Source: Oopsacas minuta (taxonomy: Eukaryota > Animalia > Porifera). Taken from it: a stretch of DNA of 64,000 nucleotides. Below the pieces are notes generated by a model, which made no database searches, was not told where the DNA came from, and was given only the letters and a program-made list of their open reading frames with translations. Where the stretch lies: contig JAKMXF010000359.1 in assembly GCA_024704765.1 (NCBI GenBank), positions 7,381 to 71,380 on the forward strand, given 5' to 3'. The translations under genes and the position numbers were made by a program. This document shows, piece after piece, positions 12,781 to 26,309 of this stretch; position 1 is the first letter of the stretch, and the number at the start of each line of letters is the position of its first letter.

Positions 12781-14927
12781 CTAGTAAAGATTGTTTGAAA
12801 AATTCTTAAATCATATCAATAACTAACTGCTGGTATTGTGTTCATTAGAGATACATTAATAAAAATTTTAATCGGTTAGAAGTATTAAGTATTACAATTA
12901 TATACCACATATTTACAATACATTGTATAAACTAGGCAATTGGAATATTTATATATCTTTCAAGTGAGTATAATTAGTTCAAAGAAACTGGGGGGAGGCA
13001 GTCCCCCAATTTCAGGCTCTTCTCAAAACCGGTGGGCGAGCCCCCCGGCCCCTGGGACCTGACGTACCTGACCCACATAATTTGAATTTGTTGGCAACCG
13101 TCCATGGATTTCGTTAGCAAATGATATGATTCATCTCTAGACCTATAATCACACAATTATCGTATTTACTAATTCAGTAATTTTCCAGAGATTTCTTAAA
13201 CACGTGTTAACTTCCGTGACCTCAAATTTTTAATAAAATTTTTCATTATTTTCCAAAATTAATTAACCACGCTCTTTGATGAGGAATAGTCAGGAAGACC
13301 GAACCTAGCGAGCGGTTATTGGACGTCCAGGGATTTAAGTTATTAAGGTTTGCTTATAGTAGTACTAACAATTATTGAATACGTATAAGACCACCATACT
13401 ACAGTATTGCCTATAATCTCTTAATTATATCTAGTAGTAAGACCAAATTTGTAACCCATGATGCTTACTCTCTTGCCGTGGGCAGCCCTGTTCAGTTAAA
13501 AGTTCTGAATATGCCTTACTGTATCTGTACCTGGTCATCCAATTGATTAGGAGGGTTTGTATTTTTGGTTAAAAATTTGATCATGCTAACCTTGGTTAAA
13601 TTCGTGGAATTTGGAGGCTTAAATGAGTTGACCGCTATCATTTTAATCCAAAAATCACATCTGCATGATAGACATCCTATAGATTCATTTACCTATTGAT
13701 TCTTATGAAAGTCAAATGTCAAACCGAGAACTAGTGACAAAACATTATCAATAAGAGAAATTGGGGAAATATTATCGCCTAATCATGACATTGTGTAAAA
13801 TATTTCTTAGAGATATCCAGAATAACTCCCAAAATTGTATTATTTTCCTTAAGCATGGCATCATTAAGGGAATAGGACATAACTTTTACTTTTAATATAT
13901 CTTCATCTATACTCTTAAGTATATCTTCATCTATACTCTTAAATATATCTTGGAGTATCTTTACATTTAATTCACTTATTAAACACATATTTGTACTAAT
14001 TAAAACTTGCAATAAAGGAGAAATTAAACGAAATTAAACAATAAACGAAAATCCTGGAAACGAAATTCCAAAAGACCAAATTTCCTGATACGAAATTTCC
14101 TGATACGAAATTTCCTGAGGCGAAAGTTCCGTTTGCCACTAGCATAGACTCCAAGTTTGGGCACATTGTGGCGTCTGGTTAGAGGAGACTGTATTTTTGC
14201 GAATTTACATAGAGGTTACATAAATTTCGCATTGGTGGACCCCAGGTATGAAAGGAGTTTCCGAAAATTTGGCGCCAACGTACACTAGTGCAACAGTTTA
14301 CTTTCGCATTATTCAAACTAACCACATGTGTGGCTAGTATATTGATAACACTGATATACAAAATTGTGAAAAACTTTGGATGATTAAATAAAAATAGCTG
14401 AAATTGAAGAATTTGAAGGGATTGCTTATGAATATCACAACAGTTCTAGAATTTGGAGTTTTTTGGTTGGAAGATTGCACCAATATGCGATTAAATATAT
14501 GAAATTAAGCATACAGTTATATTTATTACCTACTAAATCATATTAATATTAACTATCACTCTTGCGCTGTGCTTCCTTGCGCTACGCGGATTCTAACACT
14601 TCGTGTCCGTACTCGGCCTTCGGCCCTCGCTTTGACTATTAGTTTGTGTGAGATTCGAAATCAGCGTCCCGATTACCCCACAATAACCTTTGAAACCACG
14701 TTTCCAGGATAATTTTGAATTTGTTTACTCTTTGTTTACTTAATATTCATATAAACAACTAAAATTTGTATATGACAAATCCATAAGTGTGATTCGGATT
14801 CAGCATATTCGCTAACCTTTAGTCAAGTTCATGAAATTTGTATATTTTCTTGATTAACACCATAGACATATAGATACAAACATTATTGCAAATACGAATT
14901 CCACATTCCATTTCAGCTTCCTTAGCA

Positions 14928-14938
14928 ACGGACAAACG

Positions 14939-14980
<42 letters not shown>
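14928..14980. repeat. (ACAG/ACGG)n microsatellite
   Basis: acggacaaacggacggacagacagacag... is directly visible. Confidence 0.9.
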
Positions 14981-15019
14981 TAGCAGCGACAATGATAGTA
15001 TCTCCATTACTATCATTGT

Positions 15020-15450
15020 CACTGCAAATGTCCAATAATTCCAATGGAACTGGTACAGGTAGGTCCTCTGAATGTGGAACTGGCCTAATGGCGGACGGTA
15101 CGTCTGGTTACGCAATAGTGGATTTATTCTTTATTGTGATACCATCAATTTTCGTCATACAGAAATGACAATCCGAAAGAAGACACATTGGTTCTCTCCA
15201 TATAATTGGAACCGCAAACGGGATTATATTTCTCTTCCCAGCATACCACAAGCGTCTTTCAGGCATTGTGTGGAGCCCACGTCTTATCTTGATCCCCAAG
15301 ATGGCATCCAAAATAAGCGAAATAACAGCGTTCTACAGCCTTTGTGATTTTGTCATTGGTTAGTTGTAGTATACCTCCCACAAATATAACAAAACTTTTC
15401 GGAGAATCTTTACAAACCAGAGAAGCCATAAACAATAAAATGAACAAAAT
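15020..15450 (-). pseudogene. Chapaev-type (CMC) transposase N-terminal fragment
   Basis: YFAYFGCHLGDQDKTWAPH, PFAVPIIWREP, DCHFCMTKIDGIT and PSAIRPVPHSEDLPVP are motifs typical of Chapaev3 transposases. Confidence 0.8.
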
Positions 15451-16056
15451 ATACTAAATGTCGAGTGGAATAAAACAGATTATAACTATTATTAGAGGCA
15501 ATTTAGATCATGTAAGCAATAAACTAAATAAATTGGATGGTGATGTGTAGAATTGAATTGAGAAATATTTTTGACCATGTGATCAGTTTAAAGATCGACA
15601 TAACTAAAATAAGAATTTTTTACTTTTAGTACCCTTGAGAATGAAAAACATAGATAATAATTCCCAACATATATCTATACTATGCAAAAACAATAGAGAA
15701 AGAAGATCATCAAGAATGTTGTATATCAGTGTAATCAAATTGATTTGAAAATAGAAATCTTTGAATTCTAACAAATTTTGTGATGCGGTACGCTGTTCCA
15801 ATCAAATGTTGGATTTGGCCCTAAGTAGAAAATATTTGGACAACCATGTCCGAGAGGAATAAATTTGTACAGGAATCTAAATATTTATAAAAATTTCATG
15901 CCTGTGTTAGTATTTACACTTTGATCATATGAATTTTCTTAGAATTTACATAATGTAGGCATTTTCTAAGTAATTTAGTTAAGATATGTAATTGTATCCT
16001 AATTTGCGTAGTCTGAAACTAATGTTCGGATATGTTCATTACATTACATTGATATT

Positions 16057-16720
16057 TTACTGACAATTTTCCTCTGGCCAGCCTCCAACTTCATTATGTT
16101 GCTTCCTGAACCGACTGCTCTCTCTATAATCATTCAAAAATATAGAGATTGTTGGGTGAGAACAGGCTATGCTGGTTTGGAACCCATTGTGCCAAGCCTC
16201 GACAACATTATTCGTGCGAGCTAGTTCTTCTTGAACACTTTCATACATATTCCAAATTCTGATACGGAATTGTGGAACTCTCCTACTTTGATCTAGAAGT
16301 CGTTCCCCAATATAAGTATCCTCGAAGTACGTTGCTAGATTCAGTGCTGACGCAGGATAGTCTTTCATAGATAATAATATTGAGACAATCAACAACGTAT
16401 TGTTTGGGAATAAATGCAAGGCTTGGTAACATCTTTAACCTCAAACCGAATTCAATATCTGGCTGGTCGTGCCCAGTTAATACTTCAGATTGGATCTTTG
16501 GTATATATTGTGGAAAGGGTGAGAGAAACATCCTGAAATAACGGCAAGAAAATGTTCATCGAAAGCATTTATCGCCGCCTTTTCAAGTCGACCATAATCT
16601 TTGTAAGATTCAAGCCTGGGGATAATTCAAGAAGTTTCGAAGGACGCTATAGGTACGTTCTCTTTATCTGGGAGGAGGGGATATACACAAGGATAAATAT
16701 AGCCATCTTTCTCAGCATAT
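16057..16720 (-). pseudogene. MULE (Mutator-like) transposase C-terminal fragment
   Basis: EKAAINAF...ISGCF, LKMLPSLAF, YFEDTYIG, RTNNVVEAWHNGF and HPTI, spread over several frames. Confidence 0.8.
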
Positions 16721-17282
16721 ATCGTGTACGATTGAAACAGAGAACAGAGTGGCAGGCAATTAGGCTAAAAAAATACAAATAGAACAACCACACATATTCA
16801 ATTATGTTCTAGTTATATTATTATGAAAATTTGTAGTTTATGTAAATCCACAGTTACAAGTCGTCAGAGAACCTGTAAATTTGTATCAACTGAAGAAATA
16901 ACATTTTTGATTTCCTGGATCTAGTGGGTGAACATGACACAAATGTAGCTCGATGAATGCGAGAGTGCATTACACATTTCTGATACAATTTGTACAACCA
17001 TTTACTGACATTTCATGTATACACTTTGAAATGTATAATCCAATATGTATTGTTAACAAGGCACGAAATAATGGATTATTCAAACAAATACATGCAATAT
17101 TTGATACATTTTGTCACACTCCTCACTTTTGGCATATACTGGTAATAAATTTATGAATGTATAAATGTTCAATACATTTTTTTGTGAAAAATTCACGGTT
17201 GTTACATTATAAATAACATTGAATTTGTCCAATCAGCTGACATATCCTAAGTCCAAATCCACAAGATATTGTTAGGGTATAG

Positions 17283-20200
17283 CATATTGTGGAAGCATCT
17301 GGTAATAGGTGAAAATATGACTTAAATTTTTATCAAATTTAATGCTTTTATTCGATTCTACACTATTTCTACCCAAGAATTATGATATTATTAGTTGCCT
17401 TGTACAATTATAACATGCCAATGAAAAGCCTCAAACATACGCATGATATAGTAATTTCCGACCTCAAAAACCGCAAATACCTTTTGCTCAAAGTTGTTAC
17501 TAACTTTGGATACAAGTCTCCTAATGTGATCTGCATTATCGCATATCTGTTTTGACATACAATTTATAATTGATTTGAACTATTTTCAACCACGAGCAAA
17601 CACCACATATAATTTTTATGAATTTCTTTGTTGGCCTACATTTAGATAACTTCCTCATAAGTGCCCAAAGTTTCTAGTCGCCGATCTTAGACTGCAAACA
17701 ATCGCAAGTTTGAACTTTAGTATTTTTGTATTGTTCATGAATATAAGATTCGTTTCAATAATTTCTAGACCTGCCTAAAGGTGCCAAAATATATTTCCAT
17801 GGCAAATGATAATTGGATTCAATAAATTGACAAAACATGTTTTCTCCCCTTTTATACAACAGAGCCACTGTGCCAAATTCTATTCTATTCTAAAATGAAT
17901 ATCGGTTTATAATACTGTGTATTGATATCGCTTACATAATAATGACTAGAATTTGGATTTTAGTCTACAATTTCACAAATGAGTGAATATATAACAAACA
18001 AGGGAGCCTATGATACTTTTGTGACCAACGATAGAGGTATCACTAAATCTATCCGTATTCTAATCGAAAATCACAATCTTTTGTAGTAGGACAGCCAAAT
18101 ACTTCGTCACAAATTCAATGCAGTTCAAAAATCTATGGAATCCTCCCGAAAAAGGAATGATCTTGGAATATCAATATCTTATCATTCAATTCTTTCTCTC
18201 ACTATTCAACGTATCCTGAAGAGCTTAGATTCGATTTAGATTCGATTTAGATTCACAACATCCTCTCAATGTAGAATTGTCAGATGGGCTTTATGGGTCA
18301 GGTACTCCATCGTGGCACACCCCCTGGAAATTTTCAAAATTTCAATCTGATATTTAGTAGCCATTTAATGTTCATTGGAAAGAGAAATATCCTACTTGAA
18401 ATATCTAATAATTGTAGTTATTCATCATTTAGCTTAGCAATAATTGGAAAGTATATAAGCTTTGACAATTTCTTGCTCAGAAAATATTCTTGAAAACTGC
18501 ATATATTCATTAATATCAATGAACTTATATTCCAGTATCTAAGCAACTAATACATTCCAAAGACTTCATTCCATTGCACTCTCGACTACTCTCTTATTAT
18601 AATGATTATATAAGCGAACTTCTAATAATATTCCTTAAAATAGCTCAAATATATTGATACATTTTTCTGTTAGATATTTCTGTCGTCACTCAACTTCGAA
18701 GTCTCAAAACTTCATCTGTTGCGTTCTGTCAAGTTATCTCCTGAGTTTTATAATATAGCATTTTGAATTCTCTTTAAAATATAGCAATTTCCAGGTTCCC
18801 GAAAATTCGTCCCAGTATAGTTTCAATTACTTGAACTTTTGAATTTATCTAATATTTTTACAACTTCTCTTTCAAAATTATATATATATTATGGTTGCTT
18901 AGCGATATAATGATAACGTACAGTAGTTTACTATTTTATGCTTGTGTTTAAAAAATTCAGCTTATAATTTATAAAGATATATATATTCTTGTCACGTATT
19001 TTACAAAGATGCCATTAAATAATCAACACTCTTCTACTGTGAGAAAATGTGTCGTCAAAATTTCTTGAATTCTTAGATTTCAGAATTTTTTATAAGCTTA
19101 TGAAACAAACATGCCCTAGTCTATCCTCTTAAAGTTTGAGTATCCGACGGCTTAGATGGATCTGAGTGTCAACGAGTTTACTAGCAAGCTATATCTAACC
19201 TTGACCTCTCGACTAAAACCTTTCATTAATTGGTTTCAAAGTTGACGCAATCATTAATGCAAACGATCATATCCTATGGAAACCTCATCATCCGAGTTCA
19301 CCATTTTGCACTCGACCAGTTGCCCTCTTAGCCCTTCTAGAAAATGAAGAGAGTGTCAAGTTTTTAATGGACTCATTAATAAATAACTAAACTTCAACTA
19401 TTGAAGAAAGTGGCTTGTGTTTACACAATGGCAATGCAGAGGTCAAGATCATAAGATCTCATTTCTATACAAAGATGGCAAAATTCTTAAGCGGTGCTGG
19501 TGGTGCTAATTGTCAAATGTGTACTGCAACGTTCCAACAGATAGACCATATTAACATAGTTCAAAATGGCTTACCCATAAATAAGTTAATCCATGATGCA
19601 CGTGATGTATTTGGCGAGGTTGGTGAGGAAGAATTTTCGTCTTTGCCAACAAATAAAAGATTCAATTTACACATAAACCGATCTCAGAAAAAGATATCAT
19701 ATCAGCTTCTCCTCCACATGCTTATTAGAGCACATTTAGATGGTTCCTATTATTGATTTCCCATCTACAGTGTGGTGCCCTACTCCAAATTGGCCACCAA
19801 CTTCACCAAAAATTGTTAAGGGTCAAGTAATTTATTACTAGCCTCATTGAAGAATAACTTAGTTTTCCATTGACATACCATCAGCACAAGGTGGAACCAC
19901 CACAACGGGAAATGTTGTTCGGAGATGCTTCGCACGTAGCGAGGATACTGTGCAAGATTTTCTCTATTCGATATTGACGGTTGTTCCTCAAGAAAAACAT
20001 CCAGTTGTCATTACAATTTTTAATAATTTGAGTGCTATCCTGAGATTGGATAATAGCAACAGGAAAGTGGACACTGAAGGCCTTGATAATGTATGCCGAG
20101 AGACTTACGAATCCATTTTGATCAATTTTTCATGGGCATATGCAATTCCTACTCTACATAAACTTCTAGCCTATGCACCACAAATAATTGCAGATCATAA

Positions 20201-20770
20201 TGATGGGTTTGTTTTAGAAGATTAGTTTGAAGAAGGCCTTGAGTCTTGGAATAAATTGGTCAGGCGATATCGTGAGAGATTCTCAAGAAAATTTAGCTTT
20301 GAGGACAACGTTGAGGATGTGTTCGTCAGGTTTATCTCTCAAAGTGGTCCAATATTAGCATCATTTCGTAATATTATCAAAAAGATTCGGAGCCAGATCT
20401 ATCTGAGTTAAAGAGCTGTAAGATAGTTTGGTGAACTCTCTAATTATATACACGGTAGGTCATTTTCAACCGGACATTTGGCTTCATAAGTTTATCAAAA
20501 AGTGCCTTATATAGTGTTATAAATATTTGAACATAAGACATTCAATTTGTGAACATATAGCTCACAAATTAGCTTGATTATCCCTTGATATAAAAATGAT
20601 AACATTTTTGAGTGTGAAAATGACATCATTACTTTCCATCAAAGACTTAGAAGAAATCTTGTATATCAATCGATCCCTTGGGTATAATTCCCCATATGTT
20701 AATGATATATTTTTTTACGTTATTAGTACCATATACCTACTTCCCGATTTTATCGCATCTACAATCAAAT
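17283..20770 (+). mobile_element. Transib/RAG1-like element B, right copy; interior nearly identical to the left copy, termini decayed
   Basis: Reverse complement of 7440-10594 over 17283-20437, then only loosely similar (roughly 70-75% by eye) to 7110-7440. The 5' heptamer is degenerate (CATATTG) and the 3' heptamer is absent. Confidence 0.8.
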
Positions 20771-20849
20771 CAATCTAGATCCGAATCTATCTGCTAAAGG
20801 CTTCATCTTGTTTGGATTTAATGTTCTTAGAATTTTAGATGTTGATCAT

Positions 20850-22255
20850 GTGAATCTCATTATGGATACTTTGATTAACCCTGAAACTGAGAACATATCA
20901 ATGATGGTATTACTTTTGCTCTCAGATAAATGAATTGTAAAATATTCCGTTCTCTTTTTAATAGAAGGATGGTCATCTTTGTACGGCAACATAATCCCAA
21001 ATTCAAAACTTGAATGGATTGAATCTGGATTCCCCATTAACAGATTTGTTAAGGATGCACATCAAATTTTCAGAGAAGTTAACTAAGGAGAGTTTTTGAA
21101 TTTACCTTCTCAACGACGTGTTTGCATAACTCACCCACCCACTTCCAACATTGACATCATAGCGGCCTCTCCATTACACAGATGCCTTTGTGTCTTCAAG
21201 TGTTTCACGAACCTCATTTATCATCTATACTCAGGTTACAAAGGATGGCCGCTAAGTACTACCAAGGTGCAAGCGTCAATGAAACGCATTAGATCCATCA
21301 TCGAAGATAAGTATAGTATTGATTTGGACATTCCTTTAACCTTCGGAGTGCTCCGACAATTGGATATGTGGCGCGTGACTGTTTTTTAGATAAGAGAGAT
21401 TTCCTGAAATGGCCAACAGTGGTCAACAGATCAACTGTATTAAGTTAGAGGTACTGTGCAAAGAAACATATCAATTCATTCTAAAAGAGTTCCCTTGGGC
21501 ATACATTACACCTTCCTTGCTTAAATTGCTGTCCAATTCTTCCCAAATACTTTATCCACATAATGGAGGCCACGGTTTGAAATTCTTTCAGAGAGTGCCT
21601 AGAAACCTGCAACAAGTATGTACGGCATTTTCGTTAAAGTTTTGCTTGTAAGACATTCTTTAGTAACAATGTACGTGATGTATTAGTGCGGATATTGTGT
21701 ATTAGTGATCCAATACTGGCAGAAAATCGTTTCAAAACAACAAATGCAGCCGTCAACCAAGGTACCACTAGCGTGCAAGATACTTTCTTCAATCGTAGTC
21801 AGGGTTTCTTTCAGGATTTTATGTAAGACGGGGCAAATGAATGTATGTAGGAATATAGGGTGGGGCATGGCTCCTTAAAATGGCATTTTAGTCATTTCTA
21901 AGGTTGGGCAATGTCTCCATAAAAACAATCCTGGTAGTCTTGTCTATTCATCGTTAGTTTCTATAATAGTGCGCATATAATGATGTTAGTAAGAGAAGTA
22001 CATAATATTGGTTGCTTATTCTCTATGAATATAGTGGTTTCATTACCTTATATTATCAGTATTTAGCTACCCATAAAATTCGTTTAATTAAATTTTAAAT
22101 CATGACGTCAGTTTCGCACATTTTCAGCTGTTATCAAAATTCTGACAATATTTTGGATTCCACATTGCCAATTTCCTACATGCATTAATGTATCATTTAG
22201 ACGCATCTGAGATGTAAACGCCTATTGCCCACACGGGCTATTTTGCTATACTGTG
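20850..22255 (+). mobile_element. Transib/RAG1-like element C, 5'-truncated and decayed (third subfamily)
   Basis: GFPINRFVKDAHQIF, THPPTSNIDIIAASPLHRCLCVF, FPWAYITPSLLKLL and NNVRDVLVRI...SDPIL are collinear with the 48494 ORF. The 3' terminus TACTGTG lies at 22249-22255. Confidence 0.8.
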
Positions 22256-22736
22256 TGTTTACAGTAGCCTATGTCTAGGATCTGTCTTATGTATACGCAC
22301 TAATTGTAGTACTAATATCTATATATATAGATAATGCTATCATATCTCTGATCGACCTTATATTTAATGACCTAACTTATTTCGAAATTTTGATTGTTGA
22401 GGCCGGTTTCTGAAACGGATTTGTGTTCAAATTTTCGGTGATTACAATTGAAATGACTTTCAAAGTATATTCATTTTAGTTTACGCGACTTCACGTAGAA
22501 AATGTAACTCTGGACGATGTTCTCTGTATATACGCTGATTCAACATTTTTTCTATAGAGTTTATTGATGTCCATTTAACATATCTCCCTTCTGTGACTAT
22601 TATGGTTTATAACAGTAAAGTTTACCGTATAATCGGCAAAAAATATGATGTGTCCTTTAGACTTGATCGTGCCATAATGTTACCAAATTTTATCTTTACG
22701 TACGAATGTTTATGATTTATTCATTATATGTTTTAG

Positions 22737-23004
22737 TTATTTCTCTTCCCGCAAAATTGTGTTACTTGATGATCTTGCTTCTAAACTACATATCAAGACT
22801 CAACTTGTTGCTGAAAGTATAATTAGAATGATAGAATTAGGAAGATTTGAGGGTGTTTTTGATGAAAGAGGCAGATTTATTCAGATAACTCAGACGGAAC
22901 TTTATAATGTTGTTTCATTCGTCAGAGAACAAGGCAGAACTAGCATTACACAAATTATGGCTGCATCTAACCATATTTTCGAGTTATTTGATGATTTTTC
23001 CTAA
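22737..23004 (+). CDS. DDRGK1: DDRGK1/UFBP1 last coding exon (PCI/winged-helix domain)
   Basis: VLLDDLASKLHIKTQ...GVFDERGRFIQITQTEL...FVREQGRTSITQIMAASN matches the DDRGK1 C-terminus. Acceptor ttttag ends at 22736; TAA ends at 23004. Confidence 0.9.
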
Positions 23005-26000
23005 CTTACTACATTTGAAGATTTTGTATTTGCCACGGACCCAATAGATATACACGGAAGTGACACGCCCACCTCACAGCGAAATTCGTATCGGTCTTAT
23101 CTGATTCACCGGCACTACTAATTTACTTGGAATAATTCCATAATGTTTGTATCTAAATGTAAGAAATCGTTTGTGTATGTAACAAAACATGTTTTTGTGG
23201 AACCTTGGTCATAAGTGACTCGTAACTGACTCAAATCCCTTTACATGGCATTGATTTCTAACGATCAAAGTTTTATATTATTGAGGTGCCTAACATTGTA
23301 ATTGTGTGTTTATGAACTATACATGTATTAGAGGCGGCCCCAGCATATTGGATATCCGGTTTGGCCTGCACAAATCCTATTTTAAATGGGCAGTGGTGGT
23401 CTCAGGATCTAGTAGTACTGGGGCTGTAATATTGTTACTTTTCTTTAGCATATCTGTACTCTGTGTTTGCATGTATCTTGGCACTTCATGCCCCGAATAT
23501 TTTCAAAAGAACTATTATTCACAATCTAAGACCTTGAAAGTGCGAAATTCAGAATTGCACTTGATTACCCCTGTTTGTTTGTTAAGAGCAAGTGTTTAAG
23601 ATAATTTCAAGATTGTACTTATGTTTACTACATACGTATTCATAAAACAACAATTTTACATCAGAAAATTTGCGAACTTGAATTCAGCGTAATTTGTTGG
23701 CCATATATAGCATTGCAGCAAATCGAAATAAGATGGTGTAACTCAGGTAGCAGATGTGTGTATTACCCAGTATGAACTTTTAGAATTGTATAGAGCAAAT
23801 TTTTTGTCTACTTTTAGGATATAAATGTGGGGCCACATGGTGCAGAAGTGGCACATAACTGGATATTGGAATAACAACGGGAGTAGTAACAACATCATTT
23901 GAGGTAATAAAAACTTATATGAAATTATTAATAGTTGGAGATGAAGTCGAATTTTGTATCACAGAAAAATTAAGAAAATATGATGAGAAAGAAAAACCAG
24001 GTGTAAGCAAAAATCGATTTTGACTGTATGTAGCATCTGTTGGTTGCCACAAATGGACAAAATGTTATTAACATATACGTAACGTTACTATGCTTGGTTA
24101 AGTATAAAATTTGACAAGTTTCCAGACTTGCCAAACCTGCAGAAAGAAACTTCAGGTCATTCATTGTCCGGACCTGGCAAAAAATCAAAATAATAGCATA
24201 AAACATTAAATATAATCAAAACACAAATAATTTATTCGCAATAAAATATCTCAATAATTTAAATATATAGTATGCGTATATAGTTTTTAGTAAATAATAT
24301 AAATAGTAAATAAGGACCAAAAGAGACATAATATCAAAATTTTAGAGTTTAACTTAACCTGAAATTGGACACTTTTTCTATATGATGGGGAAATATTATG
24401 CCATTCTTTGAACTCTAATAGTTCGTTGAAAGCTAAAGTACAAGTTTTAGAGCTCTACTATATCAATAATTTGGCGAAATATTTTTGGATTGACGCAGTG
24501 AACCACATGAAAACAATCCCTATAATCATTGATTAATCAACTCATAGTACAATATCCTGATATTAGTGATCCTTAGATGATAAAACATAATACTGTTCTC
24601 AAGCCGCACAACGTGAGCGAGCGCAGCTGCTCCTGTTATATGAACCTGGTATTGCAACAGTTAAATTTTGCCAATATTTTATTATGATATTAGATGAATT
24701 ATTACTTACTAGCGCGCTTCGCTTGCTAGGTCGCTATGCGACAGTTTAGGTCGTCAGGTTAACTTAAGTATTAAACAGCTACATTTCTTGATGCTTTTTG
24801 TCCCACACTACGAGATATACTTGGAACTACGTGCCACGGTCTAAATTTTGGTGGAAATGTTACTTCTGAATTATCCATGGCCCATCCAAATTCCATTTAT
24901 TGGCATTCTGTATTAATACTGCCGCGCTTACTTGGCTTTAGGTTAGTAATCTGGTACTTCATTCTTCTTAATATTATGAAATTTAAATCGAAATTTGAAG
25001 AATTTTGATTTTTGTATAGTTATGATTACGTGATAATCCCATTATGAGTTTGCATTCAGGCATAATCATTGCATCAAAATATTTGTTACATTGAGTGGTA
25101 CCTGTTCATTAAAATTTCAAACTTCTATCATGTATATTTGCTGAGCTGTTGTTAATGATGTGATTTTTAGAAAATCTCAACAGGTGGCAATGACGTCATA
25201 TTTTAATTATAGGTGGGAATTTACGTCCAAGACAAGAACTTGTCCGAGCCAGTTCCAAAATGTCCAGCATGCCAAAATCAGCCCTTGGGTCCTCCTGTTT
25301 CTTCAATCAATTCTAGACGTACAAACAGATATGTATATATAGAGAGAGAGATTATTTGCGTTTTAATTGTATAGATCATTATTACACTAAGCAGAACAAT
25401 GAAAATTATGTTATTCCAACAGGTACATAATTGTCAATATTTTATCATGATATATGAATACTTGACCATGAACTACGTAATCTAAGGACCCGAAACTACA
25501 ATTATTTTCTAAACCAGGGATAAATATGGAGTGCATCGTAGTCAAGGGTGTAACTATGTGCTCAGTGGGCACCTATTAGTGCCAGTTCAGCAACCATAAA
25601 GGACTTAGAGTGCTGACAGCGAGATTCAATTTAGTATATGATCAATATGTTATGGTACAAAAAGTGCCATCTCAGCAGAATTCCTTCAAAAAAAGTGCCA
25701 AACCAGAATTTACAGGTCAATCCTAATTATAGTTGATTGGAAGTCAATAAGAGCAAATTTACTCAAGCCATCATCAAGTTTCATGAATGTCATGTGATGA
25801 ATCACACATTACACATCTAGAAACTATTTTCAGCTCGATAAGCCGTCATGTTATCTCCTAATATGGTGGGATGTTGCAAAAATGCTAAGGCTATGAAACG
25901 AAAAAATATTGTTTAGGATTTCAAAGTTCATAATGTATTAATCGAAATATAATTTTGTACAAAATATCACGAAATTGTCATTATAAAGTTGGCTAGTTCT

Positions 26001-26058
26001 TTAGTTACAGCTGAAACCATCGATTGCACTTCTATGTTAATATTCACTTTAATTCAAC

Positions 26059-26309
26059 AATCGTATAGTTAAGTCTTATCAAGATAGCCAATTTATAATA
26101 CATGCCCAACCTCCCATACTCTGATAATATATTTATATATGATATATTGTATCACTAGGACGTAATCCTGAATATGCCCAATCATGCTAAATTTTTCAAG
26201 ATTGCGCATTCTTCTTCACAGATATCGCATCCAAATGTATTGTCAGAGTATGGGAAGTTCAGCATGTATTATAATTTGGCTATCTTGATAAGGCTATAGC
26301 TATACGATT
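26059..26309. mobile_element. MITE-like palindromic element with about 75-bp imperfect arms
   Basis: aatcgtatag..cttatcaagatagccaa..tataatacatg..cccatactctga recurs as its reverse complement at the other end. Confidence 0.7.

Larger units (their letters stand above)
3383..22736 (+). other. DDRGK1: 19,354-bp GT-AG intron of DDRGK1, filled with transposons
   Basis: The phase-2 junction AG+T gives ...DLLSYFSSRKIVLLDDLASK..., collinear with DDRGK1 EFINYIKQSKVVLLEDLAS. No DDRGK1 residues appear to be missing across the junction. Confidence 0.75.

Noticed and set aside
23818-23903. Possible small exon (ttttag...gag|gtaat)
   Set aside because: All three frames are short or hit stops, and there is no recognisable homology.
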